A DNA stretch of 64,000 nt from Felis catus (taxonomy: Eukaryota). This document shows, piece by piece, positions 49,752 through 63,517 of the stretch. The DNA lies in assembly GCF_018350175.1 (NCBI RefSeq), contig NC_058368.1, positions 7,192,001-7,256,000 on the forward strand, in the 5' to 3' direction. The notes under the pieces were generated by a model. It saw nothing but the letters and a program-made list of their open reading frames with translations. It made no database searches and was not told the origin of the DNA. Every line of letters begins with the position of its first letter. Position 1 is the stretch's first letter. Both the position numbers and the translations under genes were made by a program.

Positions 49752-50276
49752 GTTCTTTCTCATGTATCTTAACTATTTCTAATGAGTGCCCTCATTTTAT
49801 GACACCGATGTGTACGAGCAGAATGACCACATATACTCATGTCTATAGGAGGCTTTTACTACCATGTGGTGGTAGAGAAGCTGGTCTGACCTGTGGTAAA
49901 GTCAGCATCGTGTATTGGAGTGGGAAAGAAGAATATTAGAAGGTTAGGCTAACTTACCATACCATTAACTAGCTCTAAATCTTTGGCACTCGGTTTCCTG
50001 ATTTATAAAGTGAGGGGATTAGATTAGATAATCTCCAGTCCTGATTTTAGGTGGGAGTATAAAGATGAGCTGTTCCATACCAGACCTGCACGATTATTTG
50101 TAAACCTCTCATCTGTTGTACTGTGAAGTTTTCCATGGCAATCACAGCTCTATACTTTACAAGCGGCTTAACTCTGAAACCTATAAATCAGTACATTTAT
50201 TTCTGTCATAGTATGTGATTCTACATACGTAAGACAAAAGAGATGTATTTTAACCCTTCCTAAGGGTATAAGTAAT

Positions 50277-50540
50277 TTTATTTTTTAGTTTGTTTTTAAT
50301 GTTTATTTATTATTTTTGAGAGAGGGCGGGAGAAAGAGAGAGAGAGACAGACAGACAGACAGGTAGCGTGAGCAGAGGAGGGGCAGAAAGAGAGGGAGAT
50401 ACAGAATCCAAAGAAGGCTCCAGGCTCTGAGCTGTCATCATAGAGCCCAACGCAGGGCTTGGACTCACGAACCGTGAGATCATGACCTGAGCCAAAATCA
50501 AGAGTCGGACGCTCAACCGACCGAGCCACCCAGGCGCCCC
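50277..50540 (-). mobile_element. Can-SINE
   Basis: Reverse SINE, TSD-like agggtata. Confidence 0.9.
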
Positions 50541-51278
50541 AGGGTATATAAATAATTTTAAAGATCAAGTCTTTTATCAAAGCCAAATTCTAAGACCCAC
50601 TAAATAATCAGCAAACTACTTAACCTTTTCAAAAGCTTTATTAGAACAAAAATCCCCACTAAATGGTTTAAAGTTTCTAACCCCTAGTTCTTAGTCAATC
50701 TAGTTCTTGAAAACAGGTCTTTAGAAGACGTGGGCAAATAAAATCACGCATAGTCATTTCCATGTTGCAACAAAATTACCATTTGTACTGTCTGCATCAT
50801 ATCCCACGGAGTTGATGGAGTTGATGCACTATGGTAGTTTTAACCCTTCCCTACTGTAATTAGTCTCTGATGCATTGAGCTCTGCACAGTGTTGCAGTGA
50901 GCACAGCTTCATATACAATTTTTTCCTTCTTCTGAGTTATTTTCTTAGGATAATAAGCTCCCTTCCCGGTTTTTGAAACAAACTGCCAAACCGCCTCGGG
51001 GAAAAGTCTGTCACTGTATCTTGCTACCCACGTGAACCTAACAGCCTCACATGATACCAGCAAAACGTTAGCAGGCACTTCCTCCCTCTAGTTTTCGTAT
51101 CCACGTCTCTGATAAACCAGCATATGAAATGCCATCCCACACCACCTACGTATTGCCTCTCTTGACTTGTCCCTGTGCTTCCCGATGCCGTGGTGGTCTT
51201 TATGACGTTTCTCTTTGTTGGAGCAACCTGGGGCCAAAACCTAGACTTCCTTCTCTTTCCTTTGCGGCTTTCGCTTAC

Positions 51279-51685
51279 CTGTTTTTAAGGTGTGCCTCCA
51301 GATCACAGCGCTGCATCACATCTTGGCACACTGAAGAAAACGGACACAGCACTAGCAACTTGTCCAGAAGCTTGTGAACCAGAATACTAGACTTCTTACA
51401 CGACTTGAAGTGCAGCCGTTTCCGGTCCAGCGGACAGAAATCCTTCTCCTGTAAGAAGTTTCGGAGGCACTTGCAGCAGAACGTGTGTCCACAGGGGGTG
51501 TCCAGTGGCTGTAGCAGAGGCTGAAGGCAGATATGGCAGACCAGGTCGTCGTCCACCTCGTTCTGGTAATTGTACAGGTGGTTCTCTCGTGTCCAGTGCT
51601 GTTGGCCGCATTCGAAACACAGAGGGTTGAAGGAGGACGAAGAGGTCTGCTCCACGGACACCAGCTCCTCACTTGTCGTTCCCAT
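51279..51685 (-). CDS. LNX2: LNX2 first coding exon (exon 2): N-terminal Zn finger and RING domain
   Basis: MGTTSEELV...CFECGQQH...[25 protein letters not shown]...CPLDR...HLKNR. ATG in good Kozak context (cacaATGG). Donor AG|GTAAGC. 407 nt. Confidence 0.97.
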
Positions 51686-51766
51686 TGTGAGTCAACCAAA
51701 GCGGTCTCTGTATCTTCCTACGTTCGACTTCCGCGTCAGGTGTATCCGGCTCAAACCCGGGTTTTT
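51686..51766 (-). other. LNX2: 5'UTR part of LNX2 exon 2
   Basis: Pyrimidine-rich acceptor tttgttctgtctgtccag| ending at 51767, and no upstream ATG in the 81 nt before the start codon. Confidence 0.7.
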
Positions 51767-52540
51767 CTGGACAGACAGAACAAATCAAAAAAGTAATTAC
51801 TATCGATCAAGGCAGGCTAAAAAGTGTCAATGCTGGTTGACATCTTTCGTAAAGAAGTAAAGTAAAAGAAAACAAAACAAAAATAATCAGATCGGGTGAT
51901 AAATTAGCCATGAAAGCCCAACAAGTAAATTAACGAATTTGCCAGCTGGTGGAGTGACTTGCGTTGCCCAGTTCTCGGTGAAAACAGAACTTGTGATCAA
52001 AAGCAAAGATGCCACCTACGGTGACACATAAGAAAAACTCCATTTGTTTTACGGACTGAAATCCTCCAGTACCTCACTGCTCAATGGTAGTGTTTAAAGC
52101 CAATTAATCTACGCGGTATGATAATAATGCAAACTGAGGTATACCGCGCAACACATCTACATCCGTCGTCTCAGCCATGGTTCTTTGCTTCTGGTTTTAT
52201 GCACTTGCAAGGCAATACCAAAGGCTGCCTTTGCAACGTAGTCTCAAAGATAATTCGGTGCCTGTTTAAAAAACGACCTTTGCCCTGCACTGTTTCGAAA
52301 ATGCGGATTTCAAAATATGTACGATTTGAATATTCTCTCTCTATAGCGCAGTTTATAGAAATATACAACCGCACGGCATACATAAACAGCATCTGTGCAA
52401 ACTCCATAAAGTGCAATACTCTTTTATGCCATTAGAGGAAGAGGCCCACTGTAATTCAATTAGATAACATGTGTTATAAATTACGATACCACCTCCTATT
52501 ATTCCACACTTCGATTTCTTCTTGCTTACTCAAAGCAGCA

Positions 52541-52541
<1 letters not shown>

Positions 52542-52580
<39 letters not shown>

Positions 52581-52600
52581 ATGTGCATGTGTGTGTGTGT
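52542..52600. repeat. (TG)n microsatellite
   Basis: Directly visible. Confidence 0.97.
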
Positions 52601-53974
52601 CTCCTCTCCAGCCTTAAGACTCTCATGATGGCCTCGCCCGTTTAGTGCGAGGCTAGTAAGGAATGCTCCCCTCCCCCTCCCCAGCAGCACCCGGGGGTTA
52701 AAAATCAACCCCAAAGGCAGCAGCTGTCTATATTCATCTTCTGTAAATATTTACAGCCTCCAGTATGTGCCAAACACTGAACAAGGAGACAGGAGAGGTA
52801 GAGAGAGGACAGTTAAGAAAACTCATTATTAAAATTCAGTATACTCTAAGAAAGCATCATAAGCATCCTAAGAATGCTGTTACGTCAATACGGAGAGAGA
52901 TGAATTAGGTGGCATCTAACTCAAGTTTGGCTTTAGAGCCGGAAATACTTTCCAAAGGGGGAGAACGTGCGCTATGAGTCGGGACAGGGCATGTCAGCCA
53001 GCCAGAGCCGGGCAAGAGCCTCTCTGCAGTCTCAGGGGCTTCTGAGCACAAGACACGCTTGAGGAGTACGCGGCAGATCAAAATATCCGAGGCCCGACAC
53101 ACTCAGGGCGGGGGAATCACAAAGCTCGGGTCTCCCCGCCCTAAGAACGGAGAGGGTAGGACACCGCGTTAATGCTCCCCACATTTGTTTCAATGACGAA
53201 ATTCTCCTCCCATCACACTTAGGCACTTACTATTGTATTTATTTGGGGTATTTACTAGAGAGACAACATTAACATTTCAACCAAGGTGACAAGAATGGCC
53301 ATAAATGATGAACGGATGGGACAGGATTCAGAGGGGAGGACTGATCTGCGATCAACTGTTTGTTTGGAAAAATTACTTGATAAAGTAACAACAGCAGCAG
53401 CCTGTGATCTAACCTCGTATCAGTACCAACATGAAGAGAGCAAATGCTTCTTGTAACTCACGAGGCTGGTTCTTTACCCTCTGGGCATCATAACTTGTTA
53501 AACGTCAGTGCAGGTCTGTGAGATTAAGGGGAGAAACATCATTTATCCCACGCAGACAGACCGGGTATCCTACTACAGAATGTACCCAGACTCTTACTCC
53601 TGACCCAATTAGCAAGAAAATTCACATATCCTTGGCTCTTCTTTCTTTGTGATAGTGTTTATTCTAATTTTTCTCTTCCTCAGGAAAATATACTGCAATT
53701 CTAGCCTCCCACATAATGACTAAGAAAGCATCTCTCTTCAGACTATTATGTTTTAGCTATTTTCGAAGTCTCTAAATGACTTTTAGTTCTTTGATTATTT
53801 ATCACACAATCTTTTCATGTGGAAAAATAACATGTTCCCATTTGAAATACCAAATAACAGCATTATCTCCACCCCCGAAATACCTCTGCTACCATGAAAC
53901 AAATATTAAGTGAAAAATTATCATGGGTAGATCACTAACATGTGGTCAGCATAGAAATACTGACTAAAGAACTG

Positions 53975-54155
53975 TGAGGCTGTATAGCATAAGCAGTTAA
54001 GAGCACATACTCAAGCCGGTCCGTGAGGGTTCAAATCTTCACTCTTGTCACTTACTAGCTTTGTGACCTTCCCAAATGTCTCTGTGTCGGCTTCCTTCTC
54101 AGATGTAAAATGGGGGTAATAATAGTGCCTATTTCAAAGGGCTGATAGAATAAAT

Positions 54156-54201
<46 letters not shown>

Positions 54202-54255
54202 AACAGAGCCTGGCACACAATAGGTGCTATATAAGTATTAGCTATTATTACTATC
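53975..54255 (+). mobile_element. MIR containing a (TG)n microsatellite (54158-54199)
   Basis: gggttcaaatc...cacttactagctttgtgacctt...tgtaaaatggggg...gcctggcacacaataggtgct. Confidence 0.85.
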
Positions 54256-55799
54256 ATTAAAGAAACAAAAGTTCAGACAGATTTTATGATTTGCAAAAAG
54301 CCAAACAACTTATAATTACTTGGTAAGAGATAAGAGAGATAAATCTAGTTCTTTCTCGCTTCAAAATAACCCAAAAGTAAATTAAGTAATTATAAGAAAG
54401 AAGAGAGGCATTTCATGAAAGCCTTAGTGTATGAATTTTGTTAAGGACAAAGGCAGCCTGATCCTGTCTTTCCAACCCCTAATCCCATCCCTCTACTCCC
54501 AACCCGGGCAGATGACTTCATTCCTTCTTTGTGTGCAAATCCAACACCTTATGTGCCACTTCTCACACGAACCTATGAGGTCCTTAAGAGCTGGACCTCC
54601 CACGGAGGGGCTCAGTAAATGCTCAAAGACCACACAAGTGACAATTTGCTTGAGCACTCTTGCTACATCTCGGTGGCCAGAAGCACATCTATGTTTACAG
54701 GAGGATATGTCTGTGTTTACATATAATTTTGACTTCAGATATTCTGTGAGCACAATCTGAAATATTAAAATACAAGTTAAATAAATAATAGTCTTAAATA
54801 TCTTTCATAATACCAAGATAAAATGTAGTATAACGTGTATCTTTACAAAACTACGTCATCTGTTTAGCTAATATTCCAGGAAGAGTAAAGAGACAGAAGC
54901 TATTAAATCGGCTGGGAATATTACAACACATTTTAAATAATATCTTGAAAAATAGGCAGTACAATGGAAAGGGAGGGAGAAGGCAGTATTTTCTACCTGA
55001 CTCCAGTTACAAGTAACAGGCTTGCTCTTCCTGCTGAGACAAGTATATCCTGGTGCATCACAGATACTCTCAGAAGAGCTATGCTTTTTCTTAGTCAATT
55101 TGCAAACTCCAAAACTGTGTATTATTCAGATTTCTCTTGAGGTTATTTTTAACTCAGACTGAAGGAATCCTCGGGGTCCCTAACCTAGGAGATCCAGCCC
55201 AGGGAAAAAGACAATGAGCTAAGGGTTACCAGCACAGTATGGTTGGATGGGAAACTCCTAAGGCTCCTTTGACTCATCAACGCCGAGAGGCTCAGACTCT
55301 CCTTCCGCGTCCTTCGGGCAAACTCCTACTTAAGACGCCACTTGCTCTGTCGAATCCCTTCAGCCTCCTTCCTGGTCTCGGGGACATCTCCCTCCCCTTA
55401 CGACCTTGCTGCTCTTTACATATACCTTCATTTCAGCAATTACAACATTTGTCTTCTTGTTTATCTGTCTTCTCAGCTCTCGAGGGTAAAGATAGTATCT
55501 TCTTTATCTCTTGTATTCCCTGTTCTTGGCACATATTATGCACTAAAAAAAAAAATTGTTCTCAGGCTCATGCTTGAGCCTGAAATGTTCAAGAGTCCTA
55601 AAATGTATAATATCGCTATATAGATATATAGGAGAAAACCTTGCACGTTTTTTATTCACGGCACTGCAAAGCAGTCAACATGCTGGACCCTGCTCTATGA
55701 CTACAGAGAATGAGACATTACTTCCTTTAGCCTTTAAAAGTCTGAGAATTTTAAAAAGTTATTTTCTTACCTGATGCTATCAACACAAGAAACTTTTCT

Positions 55800-55996
55800 C
55801 TTTTAAAATTTTTTAAATGTTTATTTATTTTTGAGAGAGAAAGAGCGGGGGGGGGGGGGGCAGAGAGAGACGGAGACATAGAACCCGAAGCAGGCTGGCA
55901 GCACAGAGCCCAATGCGGGGCTCGAACTCATGAGCTGTGAGATCGTGACCTGAGCCGAAGCTGGACGCTCAACAGACTGAGCCACCCAGGCGCCCC
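55800..55996 (-). mobile_element. Can-SINE
   Basis: Reverse SINE, TSD gaaacttttct. Confidence 0.9.
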
Positions 55997-56094
55997 TGAA
56001 ACTTTTCTTATTGTATATGTTACGGACGAGTTTTGACAACCGCCTTCGTACAAGGCAGTGGATGTCAAACTTTTACACCTAAGAAACCCTTTAC

Positions 56095-56432
56095 CCACTC
56101 TGGACAAGTCTGCGGTTTCTTATAGAACTAACGTGCAGCTACTGTTCAGCTTATTCCAGAGAAATGAAAACTTACATTCACTCATTAGCCTGTGCATCTT
56201 TATTTGCAATGGCCCCCAACCAGAAACAACCCAGACATCCTTCACCGGGTGGGTGGGTAAACAACCATGGTACATCTGTCCTACAGAACAGTTCTCAGCA
56301 ATAAAAAAGAATGAATTATGATTGCTACACACAACCTGGAATTATCTCCAAAGAATGATGCGGAGTGAAAAAAGCCAGTCCCAAAAGGCTGCGGACATTA
56401 TTCCACTTAGATAATATTCTTGAAATGACAAC
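56095..56432 (+). mobile_element. Ancient L1 relic
   Basis: gagaaatgaaaactta...gaaacaaccca...cagcaataaaaaagaatgaa...gagtgaaaaagccagtc. Confidence 0.75.
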
Positions 56433-56469
56433 GCAATTGACTAAAATCTTGAAATATTCATTTGTTAAT

Positions 56470-56780
56470 AAAACAACAAACCTGTTACATGCCAAGATTC
56501 TTATGAAAAATAACATTTCTTTTTCCAAAACAAAAAATACAGTGAGAAGAGAGGCAGTTGTTTTTCATCTCTGCAAACCTGGAGTCTCAAATCTGTTTCT
56601 GTTTTCAATCTGTTGTGAGATCACAGGCATCCTCTGGAAACTCCATTAGACACTCATCAGAGAATGATGGTGGAAAAGGCAGATAATGTTTTCGCATGAT
56701 TGGGGAAACAGTTTTGACCTCGTGGGCCCAATGGAAGAGAGTAAGGGATCCTGGGTCACACTGTGAGAACGAGTACAGAG
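56470..56780. mobile_element. hAT-Charlie DNA transposon relic
   Basis: ttatgaaaaataac...agtgagaagag...gaaaacagttttgacctc...cacactgtgagaac, resembling a Charlie1-type terminus. Confidence 0.6.
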
Positions 56781-57843
56781 CACTGACGGGTTCTAACAGT
56801 CTTCTTCCACAAGAAGTACCCATCAATAACCAACACGACTTTCAACAAAGACACAAACTCGAAAAGGTAAATTGTTGAGATGAGCCTACACTGGGGGCGT
56901 CTGTCTTTCCCGGAATAAAGTTCCTTTCCCAGAGCCTTTTCCTACTGCAAGAAGCATGTCTTATTTAGCTGCACAGAAATGCTTAGCATACTCTATGACA
57001 GCCTTACATAAATCCTGTTCTTAAATTAATCAAAACTTATTTCCTATTCCGTGTCTCCAGGAAAACGACCAAGGAGCAGTTTCCAACAATTCCACATATA
57101 TGATTCTCTCATTTTTCTATATAAAGCTGTAGTTCAGCACACTTAGCTATTCGTCTATCTCTTCTTGGGGTATTTGAAAAACTATGTTAAACTTCTTAAG
57201 ATGCAAAATATAAATTAAAAAATAAAACACAAAATTCTCAAGGTGCCACTTGTAGTTACATGTACCCTATTTAATAATCCAGAAAATTAATAAGGTAAGC
57301 AGAAAATGCTAGAAGCTATGAAACTTAGGCTCTAAGCTCTACGCCAGCTGGGTAACTAGGTCACTACGTAATTAATTCTTTCATTCACCAAATGTTTATC
57401 CAATGTCTACTATTTGTTAGTATATCATATATATTCCGAAGCCTTGGCTTCCTGCGTATAAACTGTCAACTTTTCCTAAATACTAATTGATCTCTCTCTC
57501 TCTCTCTCACACACACACACGGAGTTAAACGTAGACCTAAAATTCTTGTGATTCTTTTTTTATATATAACCAAATACTTAGTGATAGGTCATATTTACCT
57601 TTTAGTCCACACATTTGTTATTGCTTCTGTTAATTTCAATATCTTACCCTATGAAATGGAGGTTAAATTGTGGCTAGCAGAGAATTAACAAGTCTCAAAT
57701 GTCCTTCTACCTTTAGTCTTCTAATTTTGAACCCTTAAGCTATACTGACAAACTTTCAAATGCAAAAAAAAAGATAAAGGCCAAAACCAAACTGCACTAC
57801 CTTCCCATTTCCTACAGGCTCAGACAGTGATACTAAAGCTGTA

Positions 57844-58060
57844 TTTTATTTTATTTTTAATGTTTACTTATTTTTGAGAGAGAGAGCGCGAGAGCAAGCA
57901 GGGGAGGGGCAGAGAGAGAGGGAGACACAGACTCCGAAGCAGGCTCCAGGCTCCGAGCCGTCAGCGCAGAGCCCGATGCGGGGCTCGAACCCACAGACCG
58001 CGAGATCATGACCTGAGCCGAAGTTGGACGCTTAACCAACTGAGCCACCCAGACGCCCCC
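57844..58060 (-). mobile_element. Can-SINE with TSD
   Basis: TSD aaagctgtatttta. Confidence 0.93.
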
Positions 58061-58899
58061 GAAAGCTGTATTTTAGAAAGTCCTACTAAATTATGTTACC
58101 TTAGAGTAGTTTAAAAACAGAATTGATATAAAACTACTTTGAAAAAGAAACATACCATATGGAATGCTAAACGTGTCTGGACGGCTAAGTATCCAGACAA
58201 ACCTCTGCCAGTAACGAAAGACCTCTGTGGAAAGAACTTTATTCCAGGGAAGATAGACTCCTGCAACACGTGGGCTCTTCCCACCTGCACTCCTTACCGC
58301 CAGCTGAGTTGGGGCAATGTCTAACATCTTGGCGTCACAAATTCCCAAGTGTTGCGCGTACCTGAACGGTGCAGGGTAGGTGGTGAGAGGGAGCTACCGT
58401 TTTTACCGGTTCGGTTTTACCTCGGACTTGACCTGCTGGGTATCATTTAGATGCTTCTTTCTATTACATTCAAAGGCAAGTGTTCTGATTTTATTAAATT
58501 AAATCATCTGTGTTCTTCTAAAGGATGAAAACTTTCAAACATTTAACTTCCTGCACAGTAAAATACAGAAAACGCTTGTTTTCAAGCGACTGATAAATTC
58601 TTAACTTGAAGGTCTTTTCAAAAATGCCTAGTTTCGGTGACTGTGGATCGCAACTTCTCCACTAACTCTCAATTACCCAAGGGAGTGAAAAGCATCAGAA
58701 GAGTCCCTGGAGTTAGAGTTTAAAGAGTTTGAGGTCTGGGTTCAAAATCTGGCCCTCTCACTCACTCAGTAGCAACGTGACGTCGTGATGTGCACAGCAC
58801 TTAAACGTCTATAAATCTCAGGCTCCTAGTGTGTAAAACAGCAGTGGAATTTTGCTTACAACATAGGATTACTGTGAAGCTAAAAATGTTACAACAGCC

Positions 58900-60170
58900 A
58901 GAAAGAGAAAGCAAGTATGACAGGGAAGGCACAGCGCTGGGAGAAGGGTGGCTTTCTAGGTGGAGCCATCAGCCAAAAAGCTCACTATGAAGGTGGCACT
59001 TCAGTTAAAACCAAAAGGAAGTAACTAGAAGGGCACGCAGGTATCTGGTATAAAGACGCCTGTTCCAGACGAATGCAATAAATAGTAAGCATAAAGGTCT
59101 GGAGGGGAGAACGTGCCAGGCGTGTTCAGTGAACAGTAAAGAGGCCAGCGTGGAAGACACGAACAAGGCAGACAGAAGAAAACGGGTCAGAATGGTAACT
59201 GGGGCTAACTAAATCTTGCGGGCTTATGGTACAACTTTGGCTTTTACTCTAAGTACCTCAACAGGATCACTGTGGCTGCTATGCTGAGAAGAGGCCAAAG
59301 GCAGAAGCAATTAGGAGCCTACTGAAACCGTCTAAGCAAGAGACGACTGTTGTAAGAACCAGGCGGACATGACCGAGATAATGAGAAGCGACTCCGTTCT
59401 GGACGTGTTCTGAAGACAGACCGATATGATTTGCCAAAGAATAAGATGAGCGTGTGGGCTGATACGGGGGGGGGGGGGGGAGGGGTTAGAGGTCAAAGGC
59501 GGGGGGGTAGAGGTCAAAAATGATTCCAAGGTGTCTGGTCTGAACTGAAAAAAGAGAATGAACGTCACTGAGATGCAAGTCTGTAAGAGGGTAGCTTTAA
59601 TGGCTATACTCAAGTTTGAACATCTTAAGTTTGATATGGCTATCAGATCTCCAAGTAGAGACTCTGAGTAGGCAGTTAACTACACCGCCCGGCTCAAGAG
59701 GGAGGATTGGGCCGGCGATACAAATTTAGGAAGCATCAGTGTATGGAAAGCCATCAGATAGGAAAAGATCCCCAAAGGAGAGTGGATGAGTGGTAAGTAG
59801 CAAAGAAGCCAGCAGACTGGGTCCTAGGACATTCCAGTACTATGAAGTCTGGGAGATAAGGGGGGGACCAAACTGAAGGGGAGTGGCTGTTAGGGTAGGA
59901 AGGAAATCAGGACAGCATGGTGTGGAGAAACCAAATAAACCAAGTGCTTCAAGGAGGAGGGAAGAATCGACTGTGTTAAATCCTGCCGGCAAGTAAAATA
60001 AGATTAGGACTGAGTAAGCCTTGGATTTAGCAACATGGGATTCACCAGTGACCTTGATACAGAGTTTTGGTGGAATGAGCGCAAACGCTTCCTGGAAAGA
60101 GTTCAAGAGAAAATTGGAAGACAGCAATTAGAGCACAGACAGTTCTTTTCAGAAATTGTGCCAAATGGAA
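58900..60170 (-). mobile_element. L2 relic
   Basis: ggcttttactct...aggatcactgtggctgct...tgattccaagg...ggatttagcaacatgg...ggtgaccttga-like L2a landmarks. Confidence 0.75.
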
Positions 60171-60279
60171 AAGGGGGAAAATCTTGAATCCTGGGATGAA
60201 CTGGAAGACTATCCGAGGTGACAGCACGTCCTGCTCCTTAACCAAACCTCCATATGCACCAGGTTATTACTGTATTTAC

Positions 60280-62300
60280 ACACAGCCTTAACTCCTTGCA
60301 ACAGACCTCCTCCTTCCCGATCTGCAGATGAACTTCCCTCTACCTGGGCTCAATATCCCATACCTTTGTCAACCTTTGTCAGTTTTCTCCTCTCTCTGCC
60401 ACCTCTAGGTCTCTCCCCTCCCCATAAAGGCAGTTCACGTCTCCACGGTTTTAAACGTGAAAACGGGAGATCTGTCGACTATTACCGCTTCCCCCACCTT
60501 CATTTCACCCCCAATATTTCTGGAATGTGAGACCGTGAGTGCAATCTCCAATTTTTTACACAGAGAGCTTCCAATCTCCACCAGCCCAAGACTGCTTTTG
60601 CGGTCTGAAGTGTCTAACTGCCAGACCTCCTGATCACTTCTCAGGGCCAGCTTCCGCTTTGCCTCTCTGTAATTTACTAATTCCTCTCCTTGAAACTCCT
60701 TGCTCCCTGGGCTTAAATTATACCAGTCTGTTCTGGTTCTCTCTCATCCAATGTACCACTCTTTTGTGACAGCCTTGCAGTTATTTCCTTTAGGCAAATG
60801 CTAAGAAAGTGAGGTTGCCAGGCCCAGTGAAAAAGTTTCTGATTTATGTCACTAAACTGCCCTCCCAGAGAGCCAACAAAATTCTGGCTCCTACCAGCAA
60901 TGTCTAAGCATGCTAACTTCTCTCAAACTGTTCTAATCCTGGTTAATTTTATTCTTCTTAATATTTATAAATCTGACCATTGAAAATACAAGTGTTAACA
61001 TCTCATTTTTCCTTTAATTTGCATCTCTTTGGCTGTAGCTAACTTCATATGATTATTAGCCTTAATTGTCTTGTGAGGGGCTCTATATCCTCGGCCCCAT
61101 TTTTTTCCTATTGAATTTTAGTCTCTTTCCTGATATGAACTTCATATGTTAAGATAAAAGCTCTTTATCAGATCATAATTTCTTTTCCCAGGCATCCCGT
61201 GGGCCTGTGTGCCCACTGACATAAAGAAGTTGCCCATTTTCATGCAAATGAATACATTTTTCCCTTTAAACACCCTTCCACTACTCTTACCCCTCACCCC
61301 TCCTCCATAATAAGATGAGATAAAGATATGCCTCTATTTTCTTTATTTGTATAGTTTTTAACAAAATGGTTACCATTTCTTCCGAATACACTCTGAGAAC
61401 AGATCTACCTTTATTTTTCTCCCAAGTTATTAAATAATTGTCTCAGTTCCTGTATATCTGACTCACACTTATGTTCAAAACCCATGTCATTATTTCCCTC
61501 TAAATGGTCCTATTACCACACTTCCTAATGGCACTTCTAGACGCCCAGTACCCTTTAACTAGAACCAGAGAATCCTGTTTCTCTCCCTCTCTGCCTCATT
61601 TTCCACCCCCAGTCACCCAGTTCCCACCGATTCCCCTCCAGAACATGTTACTTGTGCGTTCTCTACCCTCCATCCCCACCACTCCTCCCAGAGTAGGCCA
61701 CATGGCTTGTCGCACGGGTCCCTCAGCAGGGATCACAGTCCTGTTCCTCCTCAACTATCCACCCTTTACAGCACCAGCAGCCCCACAATGGTGATCTTAT
61801 TTTCTTAACACCCTTCTGTAGGCTCCAACTGCTACCACAAAGCGAAAGCCAAATTCTTCAGCCTGCTACTTCAACCTTCTACATCTGCCTCCTTTAGTTT
61901 CATTTCCTGACAGATTCTACACATTGCACCCTCTGGCTACGCCAAACTACTTAAACAACTTCCTGACCTCAGCAAGTCTTCTCTCCACTTGGAATGCCCT
62001 CTCCTGCCTTGTTGATCCGCAGAACCCCCGTCCACTTAATGGCCCATTCAAGTGAACCCTCCACTACAAAGCTCTTTTCTCATCCACCCAAACAAAATCA
62101 CTCATCCTGTCCCTTACGCCGCCATTTTATTACGACTTCATTCGCTCCTCACTGCTGTGGTAAAAGCAACCACTTGCCCCCATGTGTCCGCCCTACAGGA
62201 CATCCCTTAAAGGTCAAGTAGCGTGTCCTGCATCACTCATAACTCCAGCCATCTTGTAATGCACCTGCCTGCGCGCGGTTAAGAACAATCTCCGGACTGA
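60280..62300 (+). mobile_element. Fragmented L2 relics with an old reverse L1 piece (~60800-61450)
   Basis: ctctccttgaaact..., aaagccaaattcttcagcctg, cttggaatgccct. Heavily decayed. Confidence 0.5.
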
Positions 62301-63291
62301 GAGAGAGAATGCTTTCACCTGCCTCACCAAATCTGGACTCCACCTCTAGAGTTTTTATTCCTACTGCCTCTGCTCTAAATCAGGTCCCTGTTACTAATGT
62401 ATTCGTACCTCCTGTGTCTCATTTCACTTCCCCATCACAAAAGGTGATTTCATAACAAACGATGATGATTCTATCATTTCTCTCTCCAGGAAAAAAAAAT
62501 CTCTTTATAGAAGAAAAGCCTAGTGCCTTAACAGGATATGTCTCACTCTTATTGCCACCCCTAAGCCTCCAAACTCTGTGTTCTAGGCAGAAGCTTCTTC
62601 AAACCACTCACTGAACACATATGTCACACCACTATGCGTCCAGGGACTGCTACTTTGTCTCTCTTCTCTGACAGTATCTTCCAGCGTCTCTCCTTCCTTT
62701 CTCTCCCTGACCTCCACCTCGTCTCACCTACTCCGTCCCTCTGCACCCCCAACATCACACTCCCCTTACTCGTCCCACCAATTTCCTAAGCCTCTGCCCT
62801 GTTACGTTACAGACTTATCTTCTTAAATGGAAAATACTAGCCATCAATGTTTACTCAATGATTCATTAATATACATACCCATGATTCTTCCACAAAGAGC
62901 TCTCCGACTGTCTCAACTGCCACTTCCCTTAAATGTTTGTCACCTGTTACTTCTCTCTCACACACATACCCACACTCGTAGTTTGTGGCTACTAACCTGC
63001 TCTCGGTTGGGCATTCACATACCCCCACCATGTGAACCATATGTGAACCATATGTGAAAAGCAGCCAGGCCTGGTGAGGCTTGGAAAAAAACCACCACAA
63101 GGTACATGGCTTCAGTGAGGCCACCTGGACACAAATGGTTATGGTTCCAGGGAAATAAATCACTCTATCCAAATGTGGAAGTGGGTCGTTCATAAACTAA
63201 AATGCAAACATTTTAAGGTATCATGTGAAATGTAAGTGCCAAACAGATCAGGCATAAGGGATCAGGTTTTTACTGGTTTGGTAAGCCTCTC

Positions 63292-63517
63292 ACTCTGGAT
63301 TTTATATATACACATATATACTTTTATATATATTATCTGGATTACATACTCTGGATTTTATACACTCACATATATACCTTTATATATATTATCTGGATTA
63401 CATACTCTGGATTTTATACATACACACATATACCTTTATATATATTATCTGGATTACATACTCTAGATTTTATATATACACACATATACCTTTATATATA
63501 TTATCTGGATTACATAC
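63292..63517. repeat. Minisatellite, 4 x 56 bp
   Basis: Unit actctggattttatatatacacatatatac(c/t)tttatatatattatctggattacat starting at 63292, 63348, 63404 and 63460. Confidence 0.95.

Larger units (their letters stand above)
14970..51766 (-). other. LNX2: LNX2 gene body, exon 2 to 3' end (exon 1 not found in window)
   Basis: Nine exons splice in frame with GT-AG boundaries to a 689-aa protein: Zn-RING-Zn, NPAF motif, four PDZ domains, C-terminal GSLV. Confidence 0.97.

Noticed and set aside
49006..49763. ORFs with clear protein similarity
   Set aside because: Frameshifted L1 ORF2 remnants, not a host gene.
51727..51740. TGACGCGGAAGT (CRE half-site plus ETS) in the exon 2 5'UTR
   Set aside because: A single short motif inside an exon with a good acceptor, not enough to call an internal promoter.
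63292..63517. Regularly spaced repeats resembling a CRISPR array
   Set aside because: No unique spacers, no cas genes and a mammalian context. It is a minisatellite.
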